From: Yuukianura sp. NJ FZ-2021
Taxonomy: Eukaryota
Direction: 5' to 3'
DNA length: 64,000 nucleotides
Assembly: GCA_046563655.1 (NCBI GenBank)
Contig: CM102286.1
Coordinates: 11,284,001-11,348,000 of the forward strand
Position numbers and translations under genes: made by a program. Below the pieces are notes generated by a model that worked only from the letters and a program-made list of their open reading frames with translations, was not told the origin of the DNA and did no database searches. The number at the start of each line of letters is the position of its first letter. Positions within the stretch are counted from its first letter, which is position 1. Below are positions 38,401 to 48,500 of the stretch, one piece after another.

Positions 38401-39719
38401 TTTCATTAGGAGAAAGCACTTGAACTCAAAAGTAAAACTGGAATGAGCTATTACAATAACCATTCTTGTCCCACTTCCCCCCACTCTCATAGCCTAATCC
38501 CCCTTAGGTTTAAGGGTACCCCCCACTCCTTCCAAGATATAGCCTAATCCATTAGGTTTTAGGTTAACCCACCCCTTTAGCCTTATCCTACTCCTGCAGA
38601 GAAAGACAATCCCTATTGTTATCGTTCCTTACAAATTCTCATCTCATCACATTTTAGGTTTTGAGAGTAATTCCATACAAGAAATACGACAGTTTCAACA
38701 ATCAAAACAAGCATAACAATCCATCAACCCCTTCTTCCGTTTCTCCATCTTAAATTACACAACCTCTATACATTTTACGCACTTTCGCACAGTATTTGAC
38801 GCAGTTTTTCTTCACCTCTTAGCATTGCACATATTAACTTCTCGAGTTTTATACTTCTCCGCCTACTTCAAATTAGGTTTCTGGATATATAATTTTTTTC
38901 AATGTTATGCTATGGCATGACTGAAAAAAATGTAAACATTTTTAGAGGAGCTTTTTTTTCGAAAAGAATAGCTTTGTTCACAAAGTGATTTCTTTGTCAT
39001 TGACCAGCAAATTGGGACTGCTGCCGGTCAAGTGGAGAGACTTGAAAAGTGAAAGTGGCCGCTGTTGTCATGGTTTCCGGCTAAAGGGGTTACGGAAAGA
39101 TCGCTTCACTTTTTCCTGTCTTTTTGTGCCAAGGTTTCTTTGTTTGTTTGGAGGGGTGGTGGCGGGAGTAACTAAACTTTTGCTTCCTTTCTCCCTTTCT
39201 TTCATTTCCGCTTCCTTTCTTTCGTGGCGGTGAAAGTGAAGAAAGCAGGAAAGAGTCCCACCGGACCTTCCTTTTCTCCACTTATCTCCTCCCGGGGTCC
39301 CTCAATAAAAAGAAATAAAGCAACGTTACGTTAGATGCGACTCACCGATGGACCCACCATCATGAAATCCGCTAGCATGCGTTCCCCCTCGAAAATGCTC
39401 TAAATACATCAAATCCCAGCAGCAGAACGACACAAATCTGATTACTTCTTGTTTTCTTTCCATTTAGAAAGACGTTTTTCCCCCAGCCTCAAATCTAATT
39501 CCCACAATTGGAACTTTACTTGTCAACATTGAAGAAGGAAATAACTCCTTGGGGAATTTTCCATGATGTTCATGAAAGGCGACAGAACTGACACACAAAC
39601 TTAAGTCATCGTCTCACAACAATTGACGTGAAAAAGGAAGACTTACCTGGAGTAAGCGCAAACGTATAAAACAGGAAGAACAGATGAAGCCAAACTGAAA
39701 CTGAGGAAACCATGTCCAT
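20491..39719 (-). CDS. beat: Beaten path (Beat)-family two-Ig-domain cell-surface protein, 6 exons, ~291 aa
   Basis: Exons 39719-39647 (signal peptide MDMVSSVSVWLHLFFLFYTFALTP), 36188-35983 (LTCQYDIDTRSLYAVKWYHGPEEFYRYLPKESPP, a typical Beat Ig1 motif), 23019-22887 (SGKFKCSVSAE), 22597-22464 (ANCT...PPINITWFING), 22384-22138 (LKC) and 20573-20491 (hydrophobic tail). All GT-AG and in phase (876 nt). The first and last exons are less certain. Confidence 0.85.
25117..26284 (-). repeat. 3' LTR of the BEL/Pao element (1168 bp)
   Basis: Near-identical to 32082-33250, TG...CA ends. Confidence 0.95.
25347..25793. repeat. 14-bp minisatellite (TGCCGARTGTCTRN) with 28/56-bp higher-order structure inside the 3' LTR
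   Basis: Directly visible tandem units TGCCGAATGTCTAA, TGCCGAGTGTCTAG, TGCCGAGTGTCTGA/TGCCGAGTGTCGAC. Confidence 0.95.
26335..31875 (-). CDS. BEL/Pao Gag-Pol polyprotein, 1846 aa
   Basis: Gag LPQFNG...W..F, three Cys/His knuckles (CQHC...H...C, CYGC...H...C, C..C...HHQLLH), protease YALLDPGS, RT (LVFDAA, ADIKEMF, YVDD), Pao RNase H LHVFCDAS, integrase H-H-C-C plus GVDYFGP / SDNGTNF / GGSWERMV, C-terminal LTPNHFL...FWGRW..E domain. PR-RT-RH-IN order. Confidence 0.97.
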   Translation of the reverse strand: MADLPHSSRNPPSEELADTEAETVISVRASPQGIVIQPEDDTRSVVSHVSHASVRSTIRKKQRELELAARLKSMEADRKLAELTASQDKEIAEMKLKMELENLADEEQDILEEMGLVEWPKPVANRPEIQHRSTQDWVNNVPSGPPSPVPSKPPSNHSIKEEHPPASIHQSEAKSEIVQVGEVIAAALGKALEQLKPVTTSSTSEKVLARKAYGSDLPQFNGRPEEWLIFHTAYTQSTEKCEFSNYENLHRLRRCLKGEAYKEVECLLQNPENVPKIMERLELRYGQRHHILSHFLSKLQTIPVLKENDLESLIAFGRHVSNLMETLRGFQSKSCLHNFQMLEDLVKKLPTSLRLQWGEDSEDEMDPSLEKFEAWIMKKVRTACRISTPKFKEEKSRSDRQTSRSVLTTEKGSTTQSTPSTSQTSLQQQTSQQKSQDSSPQSQQQQSTPKVTRCQHCQTDGHRIQGCDQFKKATLEARLKTVKDRKLCYGCLNFGHGTKDCRSKKKCTVGDCSYFHHQLLHRTATPATNHVEPLQLHVSSQVTYQVLPVTLRGPKGEVSTYALLDPGSGYTLLDEELADQLQLRGKRQPLGFSTISHSQGSEIPSRSVSLSIVNPTTGESFKITDVRTFPSLTLRAGTVTPSQLSEWKHFDGLPLPLYSDVRPKILIGLPHHELITPTEVRKGRQNSPAAGKTPLGWMVYGKMALPAECKTVNLVNGVYSITESDPLHQLVKQYFSTEEFGVRPTISSPYTKDEQKAEEIAMRTLRRVGDRYEVGLLWKDETVTLPESKTMALQRLSSIERKLDKDPVYAKKYCENVQHYIDSGYLQKMSKEEADTVSPRTWFLPHFGVSKVSKPEKLRLVFDAAATSHGVSLNSVLFSGPDILRPLPSVLCKFRERKIAITADIKEMFHQVKMREEDQLSQRILWRGMDRVNPPNQYKMAVMTFGATCSPYCAQLVKRENAMQFADRFPRAVDAIVARHYVDDLLDSCDTSAKALIHFQEVFKIQKHGGFHLCNWASNDPTFIQNIPEDLRSKSQKSFGNKDTIASERILGLEWNPGEDFFTFSTSFFKVRKEILDGQESPTKREALSVVMSVFDPLGFAAVLTVKAKILLQLAWRAGIGWDDILPESLWIKWKEWIEDLRTISSFKIPRCYSHHFSTADSIELHVFCDASELAYSAVAYFRLDSGETSFVAAKTRVTPLKAMTIPRYELQAAVMGARLSQSIKEWHSIQPTKCFFWTDSRTVMCWLSMDSCRLKQFVSNRVGEILDLTDKTDWNWISTHQNVADEATRDRDPCDFSPDSRWLNGPSFLKLPPNQWPIGQPSELNEDPEILEIKKEFCGHVENLKKTAGECPFDISRFSSWTRLIRATGYLLRAVRFGFRGGSHPYPPFAISELFESETFWWRWAQQESYPAVVLAFRMKDYPRAAKHQLHTPLRGLSIYMDDTGVLRLKGRVQADVEIGNLERNPVILHPKHPYTILLIRHYHEKAGHQNKDQVVNDLKQRFCITSLREAVKKAWFNCQRCKNDRARPVPPEMAPLPLARLDSYQRPFTRTGVDYFGPMEVTIGRRHEKRYGALFTCLVTRAVHLELAGSLSTDSFIMALRRFISRRGNPAHIYSDNGTNFVGANNELQKAIKELDQEKIRAEMTIRTIEWHFNPPYAPHMGGSWERMVQAVKRALHAVLKERTPREETLLTFLTEAENTVNGHPLTYVDSDVESEEVLTPNHFLIGTPNGYQPPGAFDDGDLIPGKQWRLAMRLADHFWGRWIREFLPTLTNRQKWIEKATPIQVGDVVLIVDDSLPRNCWLKGIVEEVPETKDGQTRWANIRTAAGHYKRPATKLCVLKVNQ
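32066..32081 (-). promoter_or_regulatory. Primer-binding site (tRNA-Tyr type)
   Basis: TGGTCCTTCGAACCGG immediately internal to the 5' LTR. This matches the tRNA-Tyr PBS commonly used by BEL/Pao elements. Confidence 0.8.
32082..33250 (-). repeat. 5' LTR of the BEL/Pao element (1169 bp) with the same minisatellite at ~32312-32758
   Basis: Near-identical to 25117-26284. Confidence 0.95.
32831..32865 (-). promoter_or_regulatory. Putative LTR core promoter (TATA plus Inr)
   Basis: Minus-strand TATAAATA (32865-32858) with an arthropod initiator TCAGT about 30 nt downstream (32835-32831). Confidence 0.6.
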
Positions 39720-42502
39720 GACGAGTCTTTAGAACAGTTTAAAATGTTTTTTTTTGGTAAATCGTTTTTGAAAAAAAAATTCTGAGTTTTCCCCAGCTTT
39801 CACCGATCACTTTCTAATTAACATCGGAATTCTACTATTAACAAGAGTTTTAAAAAACAACATTCAAAATGCTTTAAGCTCTTTTTTCAGCACAAAGAAT
39901 TTCCAAGATTAACAGTTTTTGACGCTTAGGTTTTACGAATTTCAATTCCTGATGTGATTAAACGGTAATTTTTGGAATATAATTGGTTTAAATACTGTTT
40001 TAGTGTTTAGTGCTGTTCAGAACAGAGTCGACGGGTTGTTTCGGAGGATCCAGAGTGAAAACTGAGAAGTTGGAAGTGAGAGGCAGTGTTTTCATATGAA
40101 ATGGGAGGCTGTGGTCCACGAAGGATTTCGTCTTTTCCACCGACTCTGCAAAGATCCTATCGCTTGAGCCCTTTCGAAATGGAGAAAGCTAAGAACATCC
40201 AGAATCTAGAGGTAGAAAAAATACCTTTCCCGCTGCCAAGGACTCGCTAGACAAGCGCACAAACTTCAAAAGGTTATTTAAGTCAACAATAAACACGTCA
40301 ACATTAGACTAACATCATACAGTAATAAAATTGCAAGTACAATAGAGAATACAAATTAACTTTACAGATACAGTGATACTGGTTTAAAGGTTCTCGTTTC
40401 AAGTGCGTCAAACAATTTGCGGACTCGTTGTTTTTCATCCTGTGTATGATTTATTTCACTTTCTTTCTTTTTTTTCTCTTTTTAGGGAATACTACTTTCC
40501 CCGAAAAAAAGCGTAATTGAAAGAGAGCGATATGATCCATTTGAAGTGGACCAATTGTGGGTGGAGTTCAGAAGTCCAATTACGGGACACCCTCTGTCAA
40601 GTGTGTAATTGGACTTTGAGCACTTGAACCCCCCAGAACACCACTTCCATCATGTTTGAAGTTGTGGTGACCACTTCTTGAGGTCATTGACCTCAAAGCA
40701 GCCCTCGATCGAGTCATCTCTTCAAACTCAATGTGAAAAGAACACAATTTTTCCAAATTTTTCTTCTGTGATCATTGATCCTAAAAGGCTTTGAGATCTA
40801 TAATAACTCCTTTTCATTTCTCTTTCGCTGACGAAAAAAATTTCAGCAAGAAAGAGAACCAAAGCAAGAAAGATCAGAACGACTCGAACCAAAAGTATTT
40901 TTGTTAGTTCTGCTTTCAAAGAAAAAATTCCAATTCATAAAACTGTAAAATCTGCAAACTGGAAGCGAATTTTTTTTCCTTTGAATTTTTTTTCAGTCCA
41001 AAAAAAACTTGAAAAAAATGGCAACAAATGGCAAATGTTGCCAAAAGGAGGGAAAGTGTTGAAAGTTAGGAATGGAGCAGGAGAAGTGTTGGAATAAGTA
41101 AAACTCGTTTCCGTCTTAGATTTAAGGAAGTAGGTTCGCTCCAAGCTTCCTTAGGTCTCTTCTGATGAAAGTTTCGATAGGTTTAAGCTAGGTTGGACTA
41201 GGTTAACCTAACCTAAAAAATAAACCTAAAGAGAGTTAGGCTATGGACCAACTGTCCCACATGGACGGTCTTTGCTGCTAGTGGTGGGTGCTACTGCCAA
41301 ATGTCTCTTCTTCTGTCTTCTGATGATCATCCTCTGCGTCTTATGATCCATGAAATGGAATCCTACTTTCACTGTGTTTTCTCTCGCCTCGCAGCACTGT
41401 AAAAGAAATGTACTTCAAGGCAAAGCTCACCCAGCACTACTCGACTAGCTCCAAATCTCAATCAAACAAAATGAGAAGTTTAAATGAAACGAATGGAGGA
41501 CCTATTGAAAAAAAACGAAAGGAAAACATTAGTTTTTCTCTTTTTCAAAAGAATTTTCTTCAGAAAGAAAACATTTTCAAAACTTTTAGCCTGTGTACTA
41601 CGATACATCTACAGAAAAGTAAGTCTTTTGACCAAATTCTGGAAATTTTACCGTATTTTTTTTTTTTTTTGAAAACTATGATGCTTTAAAAAACATCGAA
41701 GAACTTAGAAATGCTAAAATTGAACTTTTTTTTTTTTAAATATGAAGTCGAACTTTTGTCGTGTTTCTCTGCTAACAGCGACTCTTTTCTCCCCTTCTTC
41801 TTTTAGTAAAAAAAAAGTCGGAGTCGAGCAATGTTGCTAAGGGCACTTTTCCTTTTCCATTCACTAAATCATAATTCATGGAAGTGACATTTGGAAGATG
41901 AAGAATTTGTTTGACGGTACGGTGTAGTTGTGAAGGGCCCTTCCCCTAAAAGAGGGGAGACTTTTTTCATGTTACGGACCTATTTTGCTGTTTGGTTTCA
42001 CTTGGCCTTACAGTACCGGAAAAAGTGCATACATTTTGAGGAGAGCTGGAGAATAGTTTCTGAGCAGAGCATAAGTTTTGAATCAAAAATATTTTTGAAA
42101 ATTAAAAATCAAAAATTGATTGATTTAGGAGGAATTGAGGGGCTGGGAGCAAAAAAAGTGACTTTGGAGCGTCCGGGGGAATAAATAATGCACTTGATTT
42201 CTGAACCTTGCCTAAGCGTACTACACCAGTCGAGAAGAATGAAAAAGTGAAAGTGAGTTATGGGGGTTGGACAAGTTCCATTTGAAACCGAATTTGAATA
42301 GGCAGAAAAGAAAGGGACAAAATGGATTTCTAGAAGCATGACTGAAGATGATGGATTGTTCTGTCCGTAGGGGTCAAGGGTAAAAAAAATTCAATAAAAA
42401 CAAGGTTAGACTGACAGTAGCCTCTTTGTGGATAAACAAGTGTTTTACTTTTGACTTTTAAAACGTTGCAAGTTTACTGTTAACTGTAGTGCTTCGAATT
42501 AC

Positions 42503-43099
42503 AAAGGATAAGGGCCAAAACCCATTGAAAAGTTGCCTTGGTGCGATTCGAATGAAATTTTTACCAGTGGTTAAGGTCAACGTTGGGATCATTTTTGCAA
42601 ATTTTCAGCCCCCTAGAAACGATAGGTCACGGATGGCATGGGGTCAAAGGTCACCCCATCAATCCATGACGACCCCATGCAAGTAGCATATCGTTGCAAA
42701 GCGCTTGACCTCCTGATTCGAAAAATGTATATGTGTCAATATTTATGACGTATGACAAAGAAGTTATGGCGCCGAAACCCGAAATAGGTGAGATTCTGAA
42801 ACGGGTCGGACTTGCGATTTTTACGTTTAGCGCCATAACTTCGTTGTCATACGTCATAAATATTGACATATGTACATTTTTCGAATCAGGAAATCAAGCG
42901 CTTTGCAACGATATGCTACTTGCATGGGGTCGTCATGGCTTGGTGGGGTGACCTTTGACCCCATACCATCCGTGACCTATCGTTTCTAGGGGGCTGAAAA
43001 TTTCCAAAAATCATCCCAACATTGACCTTGACAACTGGTAGAAATTTCATCCAAATCGCACCAAGGCAACTCTTCAATGGGCTTTGGCCCTTATCCTTT
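42503..43099. mobile_element. Foldback/palindromic element (~270-bp inverted arms, ~57-bp spacer)
   Basis: Arms 42503-42772 and 42830-43099 are reverse complements with about 18 substitutions by hand count and no indels. Ends AAAGGATAAGGGCCAAA...TTTGGCCCTTATCCTTT. Confidence 0.85.
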
Positions 43100-43651
43100 T
43101 CGGCTTTTGCTAGGAATTTGTTTTGGAACATTTTGTCATCTGAAAAAGAAGATAAAAAAAATTTTCACTTCCGACTACCACCTCGCGTTGCTGTGAAAAT
43201 CTTATCTTCTTATCCCACTTGCGATATTCGCACTTAACGTCAAACAGTCAAATTACAACATCAGGCAAATCTGCTCAAACGAAATTTTTTCTGAATACTA
43301 CGAAATGGACAAAACATTACCAAACTTTTATTGTTTGTTGGTCACAACGCTCAAAAAGCAACGCAGTTCCTGTCATAACAGTTAAATAATCAGCTGAATA
43401 GGTCAGCACATGCCACTACGCTATCCTGGTCGCTCTCAAATTTACGGTAACATGCTTTACTTAGCACTTAAGTTTATGTTTATGTAAGAAATCGAGTCTA
43501 ATGCCCAACCATATGAGATGCGGGTGATGTAGGTTCAAGGTGGAACTGCTTGTCAACCCAATTTGTTTTGATATGAGATGAGATAACCAAAACCTGGAAA
43601 CAAAACAAGAAAACAAGATATCTGACACTGGAGACTTTCCCAGGAAGAGTT

Positions 43652-43861
43652 TTATAGTTGGGGCAACCAAAATAGACCCAAGTTTTTCTAGAGGATACTC
43701 GCACTCACGCCCTTCTCCAACTGGCACCCGCTTCTCCACTCAACTCCAAAATGAACCTCCCATCTAAGAAGAGACTGCCACAGTGCCACAAGCTTTACAG
43801 AGGTGTGAGTGCGAGTATCCTCTACAAAAACTTGGGTCTATTTTGGTTGCCCCAACTATAA
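43652..43861. repeat. 57-bp inverted repeat with a 96-bp spacer (MITE or hairpin)
   Basis: 43652-43708 versus 43805-43861, reverse complementary with one mismatch. Confidence 0.85.
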
Positions 43862-44072
43862 TCATTCTTTTCTTTCAGTGTTAGGAAATCAGATTCAGAG
43901 ATAAGGATAAGATTAACAGATTAGTGTAGTCAGCGATTCGTAGTAGGACAATCTTATTAATTAATATTTGTGCCATTTTTTGTTTAAGACATTGTATCTT
44001 TAAAACGCCGTTGCCATGATGTGAAGAAGCCACAGTCACTAATTACCGCGTTTCATAGATAGATTTGTTGCG

Positions 44073-45221
44073 ATGGACCAGAGGAGTCCTCCTCCTTATA
44101 ATGAAGCGATTCGACTCCACGATCTTTGCACCGAACCACTCTTGCAGCCTGGAATATCGTTCCCGTCCGAATTGCCTAGCCTTGACGCAGTATTTTACTC
44201 CTTACCGGGAACAGTAACTATCAATTTAAGCACAGGTAAAAGTCCACTGTAACTAAATTTATTAATGGCATTACATAGGTGTCTAACTGTCCTTTATTTA
44301 ATTTTTATAGATGATTCCAACACGTTTTACATTCGTGATTTGCAGAACTGCGTCATAGTCAAAGGAAATATATCTCCGGGTAACATTGCCCTTTACAATG
44401 CGAACGGCGGAAAGTTTTTGAGTATAAATAATAATCGAGTTCGGGTGGATGAAGCGTCGAATGCTGTAAGTTAAAGCTTGAGTCGATAAATTCTTTAAAA
44501 AGCACCAGAATTAATTAATTCCATTCGATCAAGGCTACTCGAAAGTACGTACACAAATCCACTGTGTTACACAATACACATAAGCTTGGGACAGTGGACT
44601 GTCCTGAATTCGATCTGAACCGTATCTCTGTCGCAAACTGTTTCAATAAATACGATTTCTTTACAAATTGTATGGGCAATACTACTAAGGACATCGTGGT
44701 AAGTCTTCCTAATGTTAATTTGCTTGTTATATTTTCTCAGTTTCGTATGGGTTATTGATTTATATACTGCGGTAATTTTTTGTTGTAGATATCCAAGTCC
44801 AGGAACTCTCCACCAATTTGCCAATCACATATTGATTCTGGTGAAGTATCATCTTTCCATGCAACACTGGTTTTTCCAACCGAAACGTCCATTACTCAGG
44901 TTGAGCAATGTCTCTGTATCGCCGCCATAATCACTTTCGTAAGTGCATTTATATCAAAATTGGAAAAACTTTACAGAAACAGTTGTTAGCTACCAAGTCA
45001 AAGATGCTCATGGATGTGAATTTTAAACTGCAATTTTGACCTTTGAACAGATTCTTGCTCGGAACTATGTACAGACAGAGAAGAAGTCCTCCATGCAGTG
45101 TGCATCTATAGTTGTGTGCTTCATAATTTGCATCTTTGTTGCACTTATTGGCTACGCTTTCATTACTTGGCTACATGCAGAAGAGTGTCGTCGCTTTCCC
45201 TACCGGTGCAAGAAAAACTAA
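44073..45221 (+). CDS. Uncharacterised 267-aa protein: N-terminal PPPY, possible scramblase/Tubby-like fold, C-terminal TM helix
   Basis: Exons 44073-44235, 44311-44465, 44534-44698, 44789-44938, 45051-45221 are in phase with GT-AG introns (804 nt). Starts MDQRSPPPYNEAI, contains LVFPTETSITQVEQCLCIAAIITFIL, ends with hydrophobic IVVCFIICIFVALIGYAFITW. The fold call is inference. Confidence 0.75.
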
Positions 45222-45504
45222 AGATCTTCAACCAAAGGCTTTGATGGGAATTGCGAATGAACTTTATTGAAACCAATCAACTGGTGCTGAAGCGACAAGG
45301 CGTAACTTTCGCCTTATTATTACCATTGGAATTAAATAATTTTCTAATGTGCCTGACATGTAAGGAACGCCGAATTAAAATTATCAGCTTCTCTTTGTCT
45401 AAAATTGTACTACCTACTAAATATACTAGCATACATTGACAGGAACAGTTACAATCGAAAAATCTCAATTGCACGTTTACATGTAACGTTGCGCGGAAGT
45501 CATT

Positions 45505-48500
45505 TTAAGATATCGATTCTGCTTGTTCTTCAACAGTTACTGCTATAGCATTCTCATCCACATATGTAGAGTCGTGCTTAGCTAGGAGACGCAAAAGCGG
45601 CCGAATATTTAGCCACCACTGGTTACAGGGTATTCTATGTTTGAAGTCAGTGTAGAGTTTCAGTTCTTGAATTGGGGTAAACTGATACTGACGTCGTACA
45701 ATGCCGAGCATGACAACGGTGTCTGGTGTATTGTACGTATGAACCCCACTCATCAACTTGTGTACAAACCATTCTACTGTTTTGGCAGCCATTTTAGTGG
45801 CCATGTTCCGATCAAATGGTGACGGGGATCCGCCTTGTTGCATGTGACCTAAGACGTTGACCCTTGTGGTAAAAACGTCTCTCCCCTCCTCTGTGTACAG
45901 ACGATGAATAAAGTCTGTGTTATAATTTTCACTGGCGCACTCATTTCTAAAATGGAAACAAAATCAAGGTTATTTTGTAGGTTGATCAAGTTTTTAGCAG
46001 TTTTCTATTTAGTTAGGAAGCAAAAGATGATTACCTTAAAACAAGCCCCCGGGTGATTTTTCCACTTGAAATTTTGGAAGACAAGTGCTTCACGTCTTCA
46101 ACCAACTGATCAATAGTTTGTGGATCCTCGAAGATGTAAGCAGCATCAGCTCCACCAGCCAATCCAGCTAATGTTGCCAAGTATCCACAGTATCCGCCCA
46201 TTGTCTCGATTATAAACGTTCGACACTTCGTTCCTTGAGCAGACTGTCGAATGCGGTCACAGATCTCAGTAATTTCATTCAAAGCAGTGTCGCAGCCCAG
46301 GGAGAATTCCGTACCAGGAACGTTATTGCCTGTAATTTACAAACAAAGGATTTAGACGTTGGGATACACTGATGTTGTTTAGTTATAGTTCAAACGAAAC
46401 CACCAAAACCTACTTACTTATTGTCGCTGGGATAACAACCATTGGGATACAGAATGATGGAAACCGATGTCGGTTATCTGCCATCATGAGAACTGAATGG
46501 AAGGCTTCAAACCCTCCAACAACCAGAAGACCATTGATGCCAAACTTCTTGAGTTGCTCTGCAATTAGGGGCATCGTGTCTGCTGTTGGGATAGTTCGTT
46601 TTGTTCCAAGAAACGCCCCGCCCTGTGCCACCCATCCCGACACTTCACCCCATGTCATCTCGCGAATATTGCCTTCCACAAGACCTTCAACACCGTCGTG
46701 TACAGCCACTACCTTGTCGCCTCGATAAATACAATTTCTTACAAATGAGCGAACCGCAGCATTCATTCCACAGCAGGGTGCTCCAGCGTGCATCACAGCC
46801 AACGTGAATCCTCCCTGGAAAAAAAAAACAATACGTAGTAGATACCTAAACTTGGAGGGTATATCAACCTACCAACGGGCGAGCCCGAGCAACAAGTATT
46901 GGGATGTCCAATCATTTGCCAAAAAACAGTTAGTGAAAAGTGCGAGTCTATAGTGAGGATAGCACCCTCTCGACTTGTCATTGCCCGATCTAACCGATTT
47001 AGTGGTAACAATTTTGTCATATTTCACTCTTCGCTCGCCCGTTTTATGGAATGCGTAACAAGTCAAGCACAGTGTTGAAAACAAATCCCCAACATGTATA
47101 TCGAGACGTGTTACTTAGGATTGCGTGAGGTGATAGCACATAGGAATATGGGATAGCGCTGCAGTGCAGTTCAGCAAAATAAACACGGATCACCTTCACA
47201 AGTTAACAAATGATAGGATTGGAACACCTTACCGATGATCCGCAAAGTGTGTCTTGCTGTGCACAAAAAAAAAACGAAAGAATTAGCAAAAACAACATTC
47301 ACCCATTTGATTGCACGAACAGTAAATAATCACGTTACTTAAATAGGACATGTTGGAAATTATCCAAAAAAAAAGGCACAAATATGAAATAAACTTAAAA
47401 TATTACAAGAAATTACTCACCCTTGATAGGGCACGTTCTCGAGCCTGTAATAGAAAACAAGCGGAAGTTAAACGTAAATTCAAAAATCGTCGAATATTAA
47501 GTTTTTAACCCGTTAATTTCTGAGGTTGACAATTGTCAACACCTCAGTAATCCGCGTCTCATTTTTGTTATGCCATTCCCGTATATGGACCCCAGCGCCA
47601 TCCCCCGGCCATGTATATGACCCTAACAAAATTCTGAATCGATTCGGTTAGGGTAAACCACGCTAGGTGGCGCGTAACTCCTCATTTTAAATTAAAAAGT
47701 ACGCAATTAATTTCTGAAAAATTAAAAAAAGCCCGAGCGGTGATCCGACCCAGCCCAGAGGAGGAGGTAGGAGTTAACAATGCTGCATGCACTCGCTCTT
47801 GCCTTCTCTTCCACTTCTACGAGGAGAATAGGCAACAGTGTCCTTAACTCCTCCTACGGTTGACAGGAAGACACCAGCCGGGTGTCGGGATCGGCACAAA
47901 ATTAACACGGCGCTAAATGGCGTTGACCGAGAGTCACCCTCAGGATAAGACGTGGAATTGGCCAGATTTGGGTTTAAAAAAACGTCTGCGAAATTAACGG
48001 GTTAAGTTAGGAGATGATGCTTCGATTTGAATATTTGTCGAATTAGTACATATGCATTTTTATTGTCTAAATATACAAATCACACGTTACCTGTTGGATA
48101 CCTTCAGGGATATTCTTTGGAGGCTTCAGGCGAGTAAGCATCTTAAACGTTTCCAAATTGCGCTGAAAACTCCTGAAAAAAAAAGAATTGATATTAGAGA
48201 AAAATTAGGACGAGACTGCCGATTAGAGAAGACTCTTAACGCAATTCAAACACCAATTACTTTTTCATACTGTACAAAACCAGGTTTACTAATTTACTTA
48301 CTTTCCTCGCAGTTGTACTGCCAAATCCCACTTTTTCTCTGCCATAGCCTTCGAAACAGCCTGCGTCTTTTGAACGCATGCCATTAGTGGCAGTCGAACA
48401 GCCTGGTTTCCATCCAGCGAAACCACACACGGTTCAGATTCTGGCGTAGCCTCCATTAGCGCCATCACTGCTTCTGCACCCATTCGACATCCCTGAAAAC

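Noticed and set aside
41180..41240. TTAGG/AACCT-like motifs (also near 34590-34635)
   Set aside because: Too short and degenerate to call telomeric repeats.
42489..43131. Paired similar ORFs on opposite strands
   Set aside because: They are an artefact of the palindrome.
46869..47084. Possible third Pfk linker exon ([11 protein letters not shown]...)
   Set aside because: No in-phase AG acceptor with a pyrimidine tract. The region is better explained as RNA structure.
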